From Octopus sinensis (lineage: Eukaryota): a stretch of 33,500 bases of DNA. The notes below the pieces were generated by a model. It was given only the letters and a program-made list of their open reading frames with translations. It had not been told where the DNA came from and did not search any database. Location: contig NW_021832033.1 in NCBI RefSeq assembly GCF_006345805.1, positions 1-33,500 on the forward strand, written 5' to 3'. A program made the translations under genes and the position numbers. Shown here piece after piece: positions 12,404 through 23,706 of the stretch. How positions within the stretch are numbered: position 1 is the stretch's first letter; each line of letters begins with the position of its first letter.

Positions 12404-13280
12404 CAGGAGTGGCTGTGTGGTAAGAAGCTTACTTCCCAACCACATAGTTCCGGGTTCAGTTCCACTGCGTGATGCTTTGAGCAAGTGTTTACTATTATAG
12501 CCTCAGGTCAACCAAAGACTTGTGAGAGGATTTGGTAGATGGAAATGAAAGAAGCCCGATATCATCATCATCATCATCATGTTTTTAACGTCCGCTTTCC
12601 ATGCTGTCATGGGTTGGACAATTTGAGTGAGGACTGGCGAACCAGATGGTTGCACAGGCTCCAATCTCATCATCTGGCAGAGTTTCTATAGCTGGATACC
12701 CTTCCTAATGCCAACCATTCCGAGAGTGTACTGGCTGCTTTTACGTTACACTGGCACAAGGGCCATCCAGGCGATACTGGCCACATCCACTCTCAAATGG
12801 TGCCTTTTACGTGCCACCTGTACAGGAGCCAGTCCAGTGGCACTGGCAACAACCTCGCTCGAATCATTTTTTGTGTCACCAGCACAAGTGCCAATGAGGC
12901 AATGCTGGTAACGATCACGCTCAAATGGTGCTTTTCATGTGCCACCAGCATGGGAGCCAGACAGCTGCTCTGGCAATGATCACACTCGGATGGTGCTGTA
13001 GCGCTCCACTGGCACGGGTGCCAGTCATCGAATTTGGTTCAATTTCGATTATATATATATATGTGTGTGTGTATATGTTTGTGTTTATGTTTGTCCCCCA
13101 GCTTTGCTTGACAACCGATTTTGGTGGGTTTGCGTCCCTGTATCTTAGCGATTTGGCAAAAGAGACTGATAGAATAAGTATTGGGCAAAACAAAGAATAA
13201 GAACTGGGGTCCGTTTATATTTGACTACAGGCGGTGCTCCAGCATGGCTGCAGTCAATTGACTGAAACAAATAAAGGAAT
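12404..13280 (+). mobile_element. SINE family A copy split by a (GAT)n-tailed element
   Basis: Head CAGGAGTGGCTGTGTGGTAAGAAGCTTAC at 12404-12557 and tail at ~13075-13280. Confidence 0.7.
12560..13040 (-). mobile_element. (GAT)n-tailed retroposon (SINE or LINE 3' end)
   Basis: (CAT)n followed by TTTAACGTCCGCTTTCCATGCT...GGGTTGGAC...CTGGCAGAGTTTCTA..GCTGGAT. Homologous copies lie elsewhere in the window. Confidence 0.7.
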
Positions 13281-13309
13281 ACAATATATACATATATATA
13301 TATATATAA

Positions 13310-13340
<31 letters not shown>

Positions 13341-13341
<1 letters not shown>

Positions 13342-13720
13342 CTAGCAGTATCGCCCGGCGTTGCTCGGGTTTGTAAGGGAAATAACTATAAAGCATTTTT
13401 AGAGAGTTATATAGCAAAATAATGGAAAAAAATTTTGGTAAATTTATTTTTGAGAGTTAAAAAGGTGGAGTTGCGTCCCCTAGACAGTCTGTGGTTTGTG
13501 TTTCTGATTCTCGACGACCCCATGTCGAATTTATCGATTTTTTTCAGAACTGGGGGAACTTTTCAAAATTTTCGCTGCGTTAGTTTTGAATTATGACATT
13601 GGGCTATGTGTGTGTCAAGTTTCATCAGAATAGGTTGAAAGCCGTGGTCAGGGTGAGGGTACAACCTAACAGACACACAGAAACATACACAGACAAACTG
13701 CCGTTTATATAGAGAGAGAT
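13341..13720 (+). mobile_element. Non-autonomous Helitron/Helentron-type element (HINE/DINE-1-like)
   Basis: Starts ACTAGCAGTATCGCCCGGCGTTGCTCGGG (CTAG start plus a short CCCG...CGGG hairpin). Ends AAGTTTCATCAGAATAGG...(AC/AG) microsatellite...TTTATATAGAGAGAGAT. It sits in a TA tract. The call rests on general resemblance to this element class, without an alignment. Confidence 0.55.
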
Positions 13721-13727
13721 ATGTATG

Positions 13728-13783
<56 letters not shown>

Positions 13784-13911
13784 TTATATATATATATATA
13801 CATATATATACATACATAACATATATATATATATTATGAGAGACAACGTATAGGGGGAATGGTAATGTGGGGTGGGAGGTGACAAGAATTAGAAGCAGTG
13901 GGGGCAAGGGC

Positions 13912-14260
13912 ACAAGAGTGGTTGTGTGGTAAGAAGCATGCTTGCCAACCACATGGCTCTGGGTTCAGTCCCATTGCATGGCACATTGGGCAAATCAAAA
14001 CCTTGTGAGTGGATCTGTTAGACGGAAACTGAAAGAAGCCCATCAGATATATTTATGTGTCTCTGCTTCTCCCCCAACAGAGCTTGACAACCAATATTGG
14101 TATGTTTACATCCCTGTAACTTAGCAATTTGGCTAAAGAGACCAATAGAATAAGTATTGGTCTTAGAAAGAATAAGTCCTGAGGTTGATTTGTTTGACTA
14201 AAGGCAGTGCTCCAGCATGGCCACACTCAAATGACTGAAGCAAGTACAAGAATAAAAGAA
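13912..14260 (+). mobile_element. SINE family A copy with an internal deletion
   Basis: Head CAAGAGTGGTTGTGTGGTAAGAAGC...GGTTCAGTCCC followed by the tail. Confidence 0.75.
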
Positions 14261-14269
14261 TATATATAT

Positions 14270-14603
14270 ATACACGTCGCCTTACTGGCACTTGTGCCTG
14301 GGCTAGTAGGGTGCTAAGAGCACCATCCAAGCGTGATCGTTGCCAGAGTGGTTAACTGGCTTCCGTGTCAGTGGAACGTAAAAGACACCATTCGAGCGAG
14401 GTCGTTGCCAGTACTGCCTGACTGGCATGTAAAATGCACCCACTACAGTCTCGGAGTGGTTGGCGTTAGGAAGGGCATCCAGCTGTAGAAACTCTGCCAG
14501 ATAAACATTGGAGCCTGAAGCAGCCATCTGGTTTGCCAGCCCTCAGTCAAAATCGTCCAACCCATGCTAGCATGGAAGGCAGACGTTAAACGATGATGAT
14601 GAT
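14270..14603 (+). mobile_element. (GAT)n-tailed retroposon copy
   Basis: Ends CGTCCAACCCATGCTAGCATGGAAGGCAGACGTTAAACGATGATGATGATGAT. Confidence 0.7.
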
Positions 14604-14612
14604 GATACTAAC

Positions 14613-14637
<25 letters not shown>

Positions 14638-14643
<6 letters not shown>

Positions 14644-14687
14644 CATCATCGTTTAGCGTCCGTTTTCCATGCTAGTATGGGTTGGAC

Positions 14688-14770
<83 letters not shown>

Positions 14771-14975
14771 ATATATATAATATATATATTATAAATAACA
14801 AAATTATGAGAGAGAAAATACATCATCTGATATATTATAAAGGTTTTGACATCCATTTTCCCTAACTGGCATGGGTAGGACAGTTGACGAGGAAGCAGTG
14901 AACCAGAGGACATTGCTGAGCTCCAATGAAAGATTTGGCAAGATTTCTACAGCTGGATGATCTTCTTAACACCAG
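14638..14975 (-). mobile_element. (GAT)n-tailed retroposon copy, interrupted by (TA)n
   Basis: CATCATCATCGTTTAGCGTCCGTTTTCCATGCTAGTATGGGTTGGACG, and a related segment at ~14845-14975. Confidence 0.6.
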
Positions 14976-15443
14976 ATGCACACACACACACGTGTGTATG
15001 TGTTTATGTATGCATAAAAGTATATGAATGTATAAACATGGGTTTACTTATGTTTGATATTACATCTGATTTTGTATGCTAGCATGGGTTAGGTGAATAT
15101 ATTATTGAAGCATTGTTTTACAGACAGCCTTCCTATTGCTCACCCAAAACCATTTTGCAAGAACAAAAGTTCTTATTTCCCATGTCTTCCAAGGTGGGTG
15201 TGATTGGTTGACAGATGTTTCTGTTTGGAGCAACTTAAAAGAGATTGCAAACATAAACAAATGCACAGACACCTACGCGCACACACACTCAGCTCGAGTT
15301 CACTGCTTCCTGTAGCAGAAACAGCTGGAAGCTAATGAAGGTGTCTACGTAACTCTTGTTCTTTTGTCGTTCATTGATTCATATCTATAAACATACATAG
15401 ACACAAATATTTGTACATGGGTATGTGAAGGTATATATATGTA

Positions 15444-15487
<44 letters not shown>

Positions 15488-15830
15488 TCATCATCATTAT
15501 TTACCATCCGCTTTCAATGCTAGCATGGGTTGGACGGTTCAACTGGGGTGTGGGAAACCAGAAGGCTGCACCAGGCCCAGTCTGATCTGGCAAAGTTTCT
15601 ACAGCTGGATGTCCTTCGTAACACCAACCACTCCGTGAGTGTAGTGGGTGCTTTTTATGTGCCACCGGCACGGGGGCCAGGCGATGCTGGCAATGGCCAT
15701 GATCGGATGGTGCTTTTTATGTGCTACCAGCACGAAGGCCAGTCGGGCGGCGCTGGCTACGGTCACGTTCAGATGGTTCTTTTACATACCACCGGCACTG
15801 GTATCACAACTACAATTTCCATTGATGTTG
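15488..15830 (-). mobile_element. (GAT)n-tailed retroposon copy (a further forward copy at ~16290-16455)
   Basis: CATCATCATT...CCGCTTTCAATGCTAGCATGGGTTGGACG...CTGGCAAAGTTTCTACAGCTGGATG. Confidence 0.7.
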
Positions 15831-15920
15831 ATTGACTTGGATTTTGATTTTGATTTATATATATAAATATTTAGCAGAAGTAACAAAAGTGACCCAAGAT
15901 CCGAAAGTTTCGTTTATTAG

Positions 15921-15983
15921 CATTTATCAAACTGGTTCTTTGGAGGTATATTCCCAGACCTCCAAACACCAGTTTGATGAGTG
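15921..15983. other. 63-nt stem-loop of pre-miRNA size
   Basis: ATCAAACTGGT/ACCAGTTTGAT (11 bp) and TTTGGAGGT/ACCTCCAAA (9 bp) stems, a 10-nt loop, and 5 more basal pairs including 2 G-U. The structure is visible; function is unproven. Confidence 0.5.
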
Positions 15984-16868
15984 ACAACTCTTGGACCTTG
16001 AGTCCCTACTGTCACGCCCCTATCACCCTTACCTCTATCTTTCATCTCTCAATCACTCTCTCTTCTTCTTTTTACTCTACTATCTTACTGCTGTGACAAA
16101 GATTGGCAGTAAATCTCTTCTCTTCACCATTCTTCCAATGAAACTAGGGAGGTCACTGGACCTACCTGAGTCTCTCCCCAACACTCAACCACTCCATTTC
16201 ATATATTTATTACCTTAGATATCTCACACATCCCAAGGCATATGTCACACCCAGAGATTTACTTTTGTCAAAGACATGGCGATCGCCTCTAGTGATGGTG
16301 CCAAAAGATGCATCCAGTGCACATTGTGCAGTGGTTGGTGTCAGGAAGAGCATCCAAGCTGTAGAAAGAAACCAGAAAATGTAACTTCAGGCAAGATATT
16401 CTTTGAACCATCCAACCCATTCCAGCATGGAAAGTGGGGGTAAAATGATGATCATCATACATACATACAGACGTATGGATGTATAAATATACATATGTGC
16501 ATCCTTGTGTATATATATACACATTCATTCTATCATATATACATATATATGTATGTATATCCTGAAGAAGGTCTCTTTTATTTTTCATTCTTCCTGGGGT
16601 CAATAGAGTAACAGTCATTATTTCATAGACCAAGGAGGCGGTGGAGGATCATTCTGATGATGATGGGTCACCAGAATGTCATTAAACACCCCACCAATAT
16701 TTCCTAATCCACCTCATTAAACCCCCAATACTTCATAATAACTACACCAAGTTATAACTCCTCACCTAACACAAACAAAACACACTCACCTGCCAAACCC
16801 CTTTTTCATACAAACACATCTTTCTCATTGCTACCCAAACATTGTCCCTTATATTAAAGATAATTAAG

Positions 16869-17126
16869 ATGAACCTACCTTTCATTAATTGGGCTTATTC
16901 ATTAACCAATCTTTATGATCTCAATCAGCAACAAATAATAACGATCCTCTCAACATGCTGTCTATCAGTGTGATTATATGAAAGCCTATCTTTGGATAAG
17001 CTTTCCGAGTTAATCAATGTTGTGTATGATAATTGTGTGGATTATATTGAAATGTCGAGAGATTTACAGCATTTGTCAGGTTAAGAACAGTTTCATCTCC
17101 AGCTTTATTCGTATCTGTGAATCCAG
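16869..17126 (+). CDS. Candidate first coding exon of the propeller gene
   Basis: The ATG at 16869 opens MNLPFINWAYSLTNLYDLNQQQIITILSTCCLSV*LYESLSLDKLSELINVVYDNCVDYIEMSRDLQHLSG, with one in-frame TGA at 16971. A +1 repair near 17081 continues LRTVSSPALFVSVNP to a CAG|GTAAAT donor at 17126/17127. The intron would be 689 bp. Confidence 0.45.
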
Positions 17127-17338
17127 GTAAATATGATGGAAACCAAGCCAACCATGACTGTCACATCATTTCCAGTGCATATAATTATTAATAATACTTA
17201 TATTCCTGATTTGTAGGGACGTGGTATTTCATTATGCAACCATAAATTCCTGTAAAATATATTAAATCGTTTTAGAAGTCAACACCACATTCTACTTTGT
17301 TAGCAGTGTTTTTCACATTATTCTATTGATATTCCATA

Positions 17339-17523
17339 GAAATTATAGTTGGCTCTGATTTTTTGCTAAAACCTTTCCTATCGAGATGTCAGATGTAAAC
17401 AAACAATGAGATACACAATGAGAACAAAAAACAGATGTTTTTCTCTTTGATCTCATTGTTTGTTTCCGTCTGACATTTCGATATGAAATGTTGTAGCAGG
17501 AAATCAGTCCTGGCTATAATTTC
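17339..17523 (+). other. Imperfect 74-bp inverted repeat (long hairpin) inside the predicted intron
   Basis: 17339-17412 versus 17450-17523: 61 of 74 positions Watson-Crick, plus 7 G-U-compatible positions on the + strand; 37-nt loop. Confidence 0.8.
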
Positions 17524-17815
17524 TACCGATAATATCTGTAGAAATAACCTCAACAAAATATTTATTCTACAAAACTTTTCACCATCACTTATATTCAGTC
17601 AATAAAGATAATGGTGTATTTATATCTTCAAGTTTTATTTCTAATGATTATTCCATTGTAAACAGTTTAAATGTTTAACTTCACTGTCAAATAAACAATT
17701 GTTTAATATATTTAATGAAATGTGTGTTTTCCTTGAAATTCTTTGAATGAATCAAGTAAATATTATTTTATCAAAAGCTTTTCACAAAACTAATAAAGCT
17801 TTCATTTTATTTCAG

Positions 17816-20800
17816 CTTTCACGTAAAAATTAGTGAATTTTGAAGAGATAAAATGTATTCGAAAGGAAGAACAAAATCCACAGAAAAGAATATATTTAAC
17901 AGAAAAAGATAATAATTCTATATTCATAAAATGGAGAAGATTAATGAAGAAAACAAAATGTTGGCTCTCATTCCTGCCACAGTCTGTGATACAACAGCAA
18001 TTTATAAGGAAACTACACCAAATCTTACCCAAATATTACACACACAAAACACAAAGAAAACAGAAGAACAGGAAAGAAAAGACACAAAGAAATCTAAAGA
18101 ACAGGAAAAGTCCATGTTACCAAGTTTTCTTCATATTGTGACATGTTACCGAACACTAATCAAAACAGACCACATCAATACGTTTATAGATTATGTAAAG
18201 GATAAATGTAATCACATGGACTCTCTGGGTTTAAATGGATCTCGAATTTTACGTAATATCAAACGTAAAATGCCAAGATTTCTGGAATTTGCAAAACAAA
18301 ATAATGATTTTGTTCACCTAAACCTTGATTGGTTTCAACAAAGACTCTTTGACATTTATGTCACCTGTAACCCATACAACCACAAGACCATTGAACCACC
18401 AAAAGTAACCACAAAATTTCGTCCTCTTCGGCCAGTTGTGACCAGAGAAGTAGAGATTGAGGAATCTGGTGAAGACTTAAGCAACCCAATATCCAATATT
18501 GTTGTCATACAAGGGGGAATTGTAACATATTCCCGCCACTTTATGACAATATGTTGTGTAACAAGAGACGGCAACAGAAACGATGTTCGTTGCTCATCTT
18601 CTGTCACTGATTTTACCAGAATCAGTGAAGACACAGTCCTGGCCACCCTCCCATTTCGAAAGATGATTCTTATTATCAACCCTTTAAGTTTGGGAATCAA
18701 AAGAATTCAGCTAGGATTAATCTTGGTTTCTTATTTGGAACATTCTACGCTTATAGGTGTAGAAATGTTTGGTCAGACCATATACGTCATTGACTGGGAA
18801 GAGAATAGAATAAAATACGAATTCATAACGAAAGAAACCCCTTCAGATATTGCTGTAGGAGCACAAAATAAACTCTTAGTATCCTTTTCCAATATTAACA
18901 GGGTTACCTGTTACAATGTGGATGGCCAGCAATTATTTGAGGTGGATACCAATTCCCTGGACATTCCAAGCCACATCTCTGTGTACCAAAACCATTTTTA
19001 TGTCCTTCAGGGACATATTATTTATCGGATATCAGGTACAGGTGCTGTGACAACAAGAGGAATTGGCATGAAATGCCGCCATATTTCTGTTGGCAGAGAA
19101 AATATTTTTGTAACCGATTATTTTGATGTCCTTCATATCATTGGAACAAATGAAGACTTTTGGCCCAGGCAGTCACATAACCTCCAGCTATGGACCCCAA
19201 CATTGAACAGCTATATTTATATTGAGGATTGCTACAACATTACAAATATTCTACCTATGTCTACATCTTCTATATTAATAATTTACAAAAACAAGAAAGC
19301 TAAATTATTCACTGATAACGGGGAAATAATTAACCCAAAATAATTCAGTTTTCCTTGAGCTTCCTTCTTTCTGTTGTAGAATAAACGCAAACAGATTCCT
19401 GGTATTTTATTGTGAAATGAAAGGATTTCAGTATATCACCTGTCCTGAACTAAGAAAAGGCCCTTTAATAAAGGTGCAAACTGGTTACATGAAAAATGTC
19501 ATATTGTATCAAATAAGTGTCTGGCTGTGACCACCACTGAAAACAAAAGCGAGGTCCATATCTTATTGATCAACGAAGATAAAGTTGACATCGCAGAAAG
19601 AATTTCTCTGGGACATCATAATGTCAGCATTGCTGCAACTCCAATTAATTTTGTAGTCGTAGATGGAAACGAAAATAAAATGGTATTTTATTCCACATGT
19701 GGTGAAGAACTTTTTCAAAAATACCTTCCATTCTATGGCTACCCTCATCACATCTACTCTGATAATGTTTATTTCTATGTCCTCTTCAGGAGAAACTCTA
19801 TTCTCAGATGTTACGATCTATATGGACAAATGAAATGGCAGTGGGAACTGCCTTTCCCTGTTCACCCTCACATTGCTGTTTTCCAAGGAACTCTTTATGT
19901 CCCGGACACTCAACTCAACAGGGTTCTTCTTTACAAGTATCAAGACCGGTCGTCTGGCTGCCTTTTACCCATTAAAAATCCTTACATCAGAAATCTAAAT
20001 CTACGACTCAAAGAAAAGGAGAATGACCAAAAACTTGTCATTGGCGAAATATGTAATCTGTCCAATGGACAGTTGGTGGTGTCTGACATCAACCATGATT
20101 GCTTGTTGTACATTTCTGAGGAAGGAGACATTGTGTCCAGATTATCTCTGCCGTCTACAGCCACAGATATATGTCGATGGGATTCTAATCATATAGGGGT
20201 CACATTACCCCTACAGAAACAATTAAGGGTCATCGAAACCTATCAAAGACAGTGAGAAGTGTAAAATTAAGGCAGCCTTATGTACAGGTGTGTAAGATGG
20301 GTGAATGTGAAATTGTTTGTTATTGTGATAAACCATCACATTTAGACATTTTAGCCATCAATATTATAATCAAGTTGAAGTAATTAAGACAATTAATATC
20401 CCTGTGTTTGTGAAATCATTATCAGTAGACAAGGAAACAGAAAAGCTATTAATTGTTACTAGGGGAAAAGCTTTTCAGTACACACTAGAATAGGTGTGGT
20501 GGTCATGGCGTTTGTCAGATGGTCCCCAGTGTTTTAATGTCCCAAGTGAAACGTCCCCTCAGTCTCCAAGGTGGATCTATTGACCAAACGTCTGTTTTTC
20601 TGATAGACAGAAGCCGTATGTTTGCCATAAACGATCAGAATTTGTTGGTTAATGATCTCGTTACTAATAATCAACTTAATTATTATATCGACCTGGTGGA
20701 TGTATTTTCCAGACACATTTCTCTCAGTGAAATGTTGTCTTCCACTTTATATCTACAGGACCTGACAGTTTCTGATAAAGCCAGGCATATTCCTCTCCCT

Positions 20801-23322
20801 AAACATTTGGGAGACAAAGGACCAGCGGAGATTAGATCTTTGGTTCTTACTGAAAATAATCTGATTGCAGGATGTGACGAGGAGAATGGAAACATTAAGA
20901 TATTCACATTGGATGGTCAGCTTTTGGATTCAATCAAAGTGAATGTTTATTATAATATTAAAATGTGTCGATGGCAGTCAAACACACTGGTCATTACGAA
21001 CTGGGATCTTTCTAATAAACCCCAACTGTGGACATTAAAAGTGGAATTTCCATTGTCGTTGGTAATTTACCAAACGAGAAATAAATATTATTGTGTGGCT
21101 TCTTTATCAAATAATCAACTGGTTTTGAGTGAATGAGAGATGGAAGACATTTGCATTTTGTTGATATTGATGAAATACATTCGAGTGTGAAGGAAATAAA
21201 TAAAATAGACATACCTGAACCATTAATAAGAAGAGACGAAGATGGAAATTGTTCTGATATAATCCGGGATATTAAAGTTACTGATGAAGATGTCATCATT
21301 GTCTAAACTTGAGATTCATCATTTTCTTCAACAGTGGTGGTCAATATTTACATTCAGTCAGACACTACATGGAGGATTATTTTGGTATGATGACAGGATG
21401 ACAATTGATGACAGTTTTTTGTACATTTATGGTGAGTGGGAGAAATATTAGGTCCATCTGAATATCGAAACATTTTGTGTTTGACCCAGAATGGGGATAC
21501 AAGAGAATATTTTTAAATAAAGAATTTATAAAGATGAAGTAGAATTCTCCAGTATAGACTGTAAAGGACCAAGGTTTGTTGGAAGCCCCAATGGAGAGAG
21601 ATGAATTGATATGTATGTGAAGGGTTGTTTATGGTGAATCGAGACAGCTTCCCGGTTGCTCGTTTACAAACAGACGAATGTCCTGTTCAAGTAAAAGATT
21701 TTGATGTCTCTGAGGAAGGAAAGACAGTTGTGTGTGAAAAAGCCAATATGGAAATATTAAAAATATCGATGAAGATGGCCAGTTGCTATGTCACAGAAAT
21801 GTTGCAAGTTTAGTTGGTGGTGTGTGTTTTACACAAGAATCACACATAATGGTCACAGTTCCTAAAAGGAGAGAAATATTTCAACTGAATGGAGAAGATT
21901 TGAAGACATCTCAAGTTTGTCGAGTTCTCCCATGGCCCTTATGTGTAATAGGGAGAAAAGTGGCAGGTATTTACTGGTGTGTACATAATGAATTGATTGA
22001 ATGTCATTGCATAAAGATTGATGGGGACCAAGTGAACATTCTGGAATCTGTGTCGTCATTAAATCTTGATTCTGGTCTTCGTTTCCCTTCCATTACATCT
22101 GAAACGAACAAGGAAATATTCAGTAATGAATTAATTAATAAATTGGAATTCAGAGGAGGAGATGGAGATGGAGGAGGAAGAAGAAGAGGTAAATCAGGTG
22201 AAATAATTGGTAAAGGTAGATTAAAGGTGCGATGTGGTAATTACATAGCGGAGATTAATAATTCAGGAATTGATGAAATATCAGTGAGGAGACTTCCATA
22301 TAGGACAGCAATGGTCCCTTTTTCCATTCCTGCATTCGAGGAACCTGTTGATTATGATTTGATGGACATTAGGGACCGGAACAGTAAACTAATAAAGTTA
22401 GATGAGAATGTGAGTGTGTTGATGTTTCGAGAAAGTGTCACATTAATCAGAACAACAACAACAACAGTGGACATACTTCAACATGAACAACAACAACGAC
22501 CACCACTGGACATATGTCGGTGGACAGAGGAATGTTTCATTGTCGCCTTTGGAGAGAAATGAGGGTCTTCAACAGGGATCTCCGTCGTTTAAAAACCATC
22601 AGAACTGAGAAATACTACAACAGGATTTATAAATACACGACAATCAACTCGTGTGTGGTGGTCATTATATTAGAGACATAACTCAAGAAGAGAGACACAA
22701 GAAATACCAAAGAATATGGAAGAACAACAAGGATTATACTTTTTTGCAAAGACCTTGACATCTTTGACCCTTATTATGTGGATGTGGTTGATATCAAAGA
22801 TGGGAAATGTAAAGATGAATTGTGTCGTGGGGAGATGAGGAGATTGGGAAGGTTGGAGGGAGAGGAAGGGGTGTTGGATGGTGTGGGAGTCACATCTTTT
22901 GGTGATGTTGTTGTTTTGAGGAGGGAGATAAGGAAAAGGAGTGGTCTGGACGGTGGGAAGTTTTGTGTTTTGTGGAATGGTTCAGGGAAAAGTCTTTGGT
23001 GAGGAGGATAAGAATAGAAAAAGGAAGGTTTTATGGTCCGGAATATTATATTGCAAGACCTCGTCTGACCATAATTGGTGAATGTGTTTATATAACAGAT
23101 ACAAGAAACAATATTTACGAAATACCTGGACATATTGAAGAGGAAACATCTGAAGATGATGAAATCCGGGGATTAAAAGATAATCCAAAATATTTACTCC
23201 TCAGAGGGGATGATAATGAAGTCTCTGAAGTTCTTGGTTTGGATGTTTCAGACAATTCTTTGATGGTTTTTGGAATTATTCCTGGACGTCAATCTTTTGC
23301 TTTCTTTTATTTTGACAAATAA
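17816..23322 (+). CDS. Large (~5.5 kb) terminal exon encoding about six tandem NHL/SGL-like beta-propeller domains; frameshifted in this sequence
   Basis: Six to seven long + strand ORFs (17833, 17931, 19527, 20519, 21783, 22778, 22963) tile the region and join by +1-base repairs. Recurrent propeller-type motifs: TDICRWDSNHIGVTLP, KMCRWQSNTLVIT, LDICRWTEECFIVAF, TDFTRISEDTVLATLP, GQLVVSDINHDCL. Acceptor TTTTATTTCAG at 17805-17815 with CTAAT at 17790. Stop TAA at 23320-23322 overlaps AATAAA (23318-23323). Intact gene versus pseudogene is unresolved. Confidence 0.75.
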
Positions 23323-23706
23323 ATATTTCCAGAATATTAAACTTCAATCTTCTTCTTCTTATTGTTGTTGTTGTTGTTGTAAATGGCTTCGCCGGGAATC
23401 GAACCTGCATCGCATACATTGCATTCTACACACTAACACTTATTGTTGTAACATTCATCAACACTCTCTCTTTGTGTGTGTGTGTATATTTATATACAGT
23501 ATATATACATGTGTTTATATATATAACACAACTATTTAGGAATGTATTAGTATAGATAAGGCTATAAGTATGTATGTTTGTGTGTGTGTATATATGCATG
23601 TATATATATGTATATATATATATATATCCGCATGCATGTATGTATAGGAATGTCTGGTCCGAAAGCAGAGACTTTCATAATCATTGATTCTCCATTAAAA
23701 GGCAGA

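Noticed and set aside
18356-18700. Minus-strand ORFs overlapping the large exon (18356, 19563, 19982, 20534, 20683, 21012, 21862, 22774, 22982)
   Set aside because: Shadow ORFs antisense to the coding exon, with no independent motifs.
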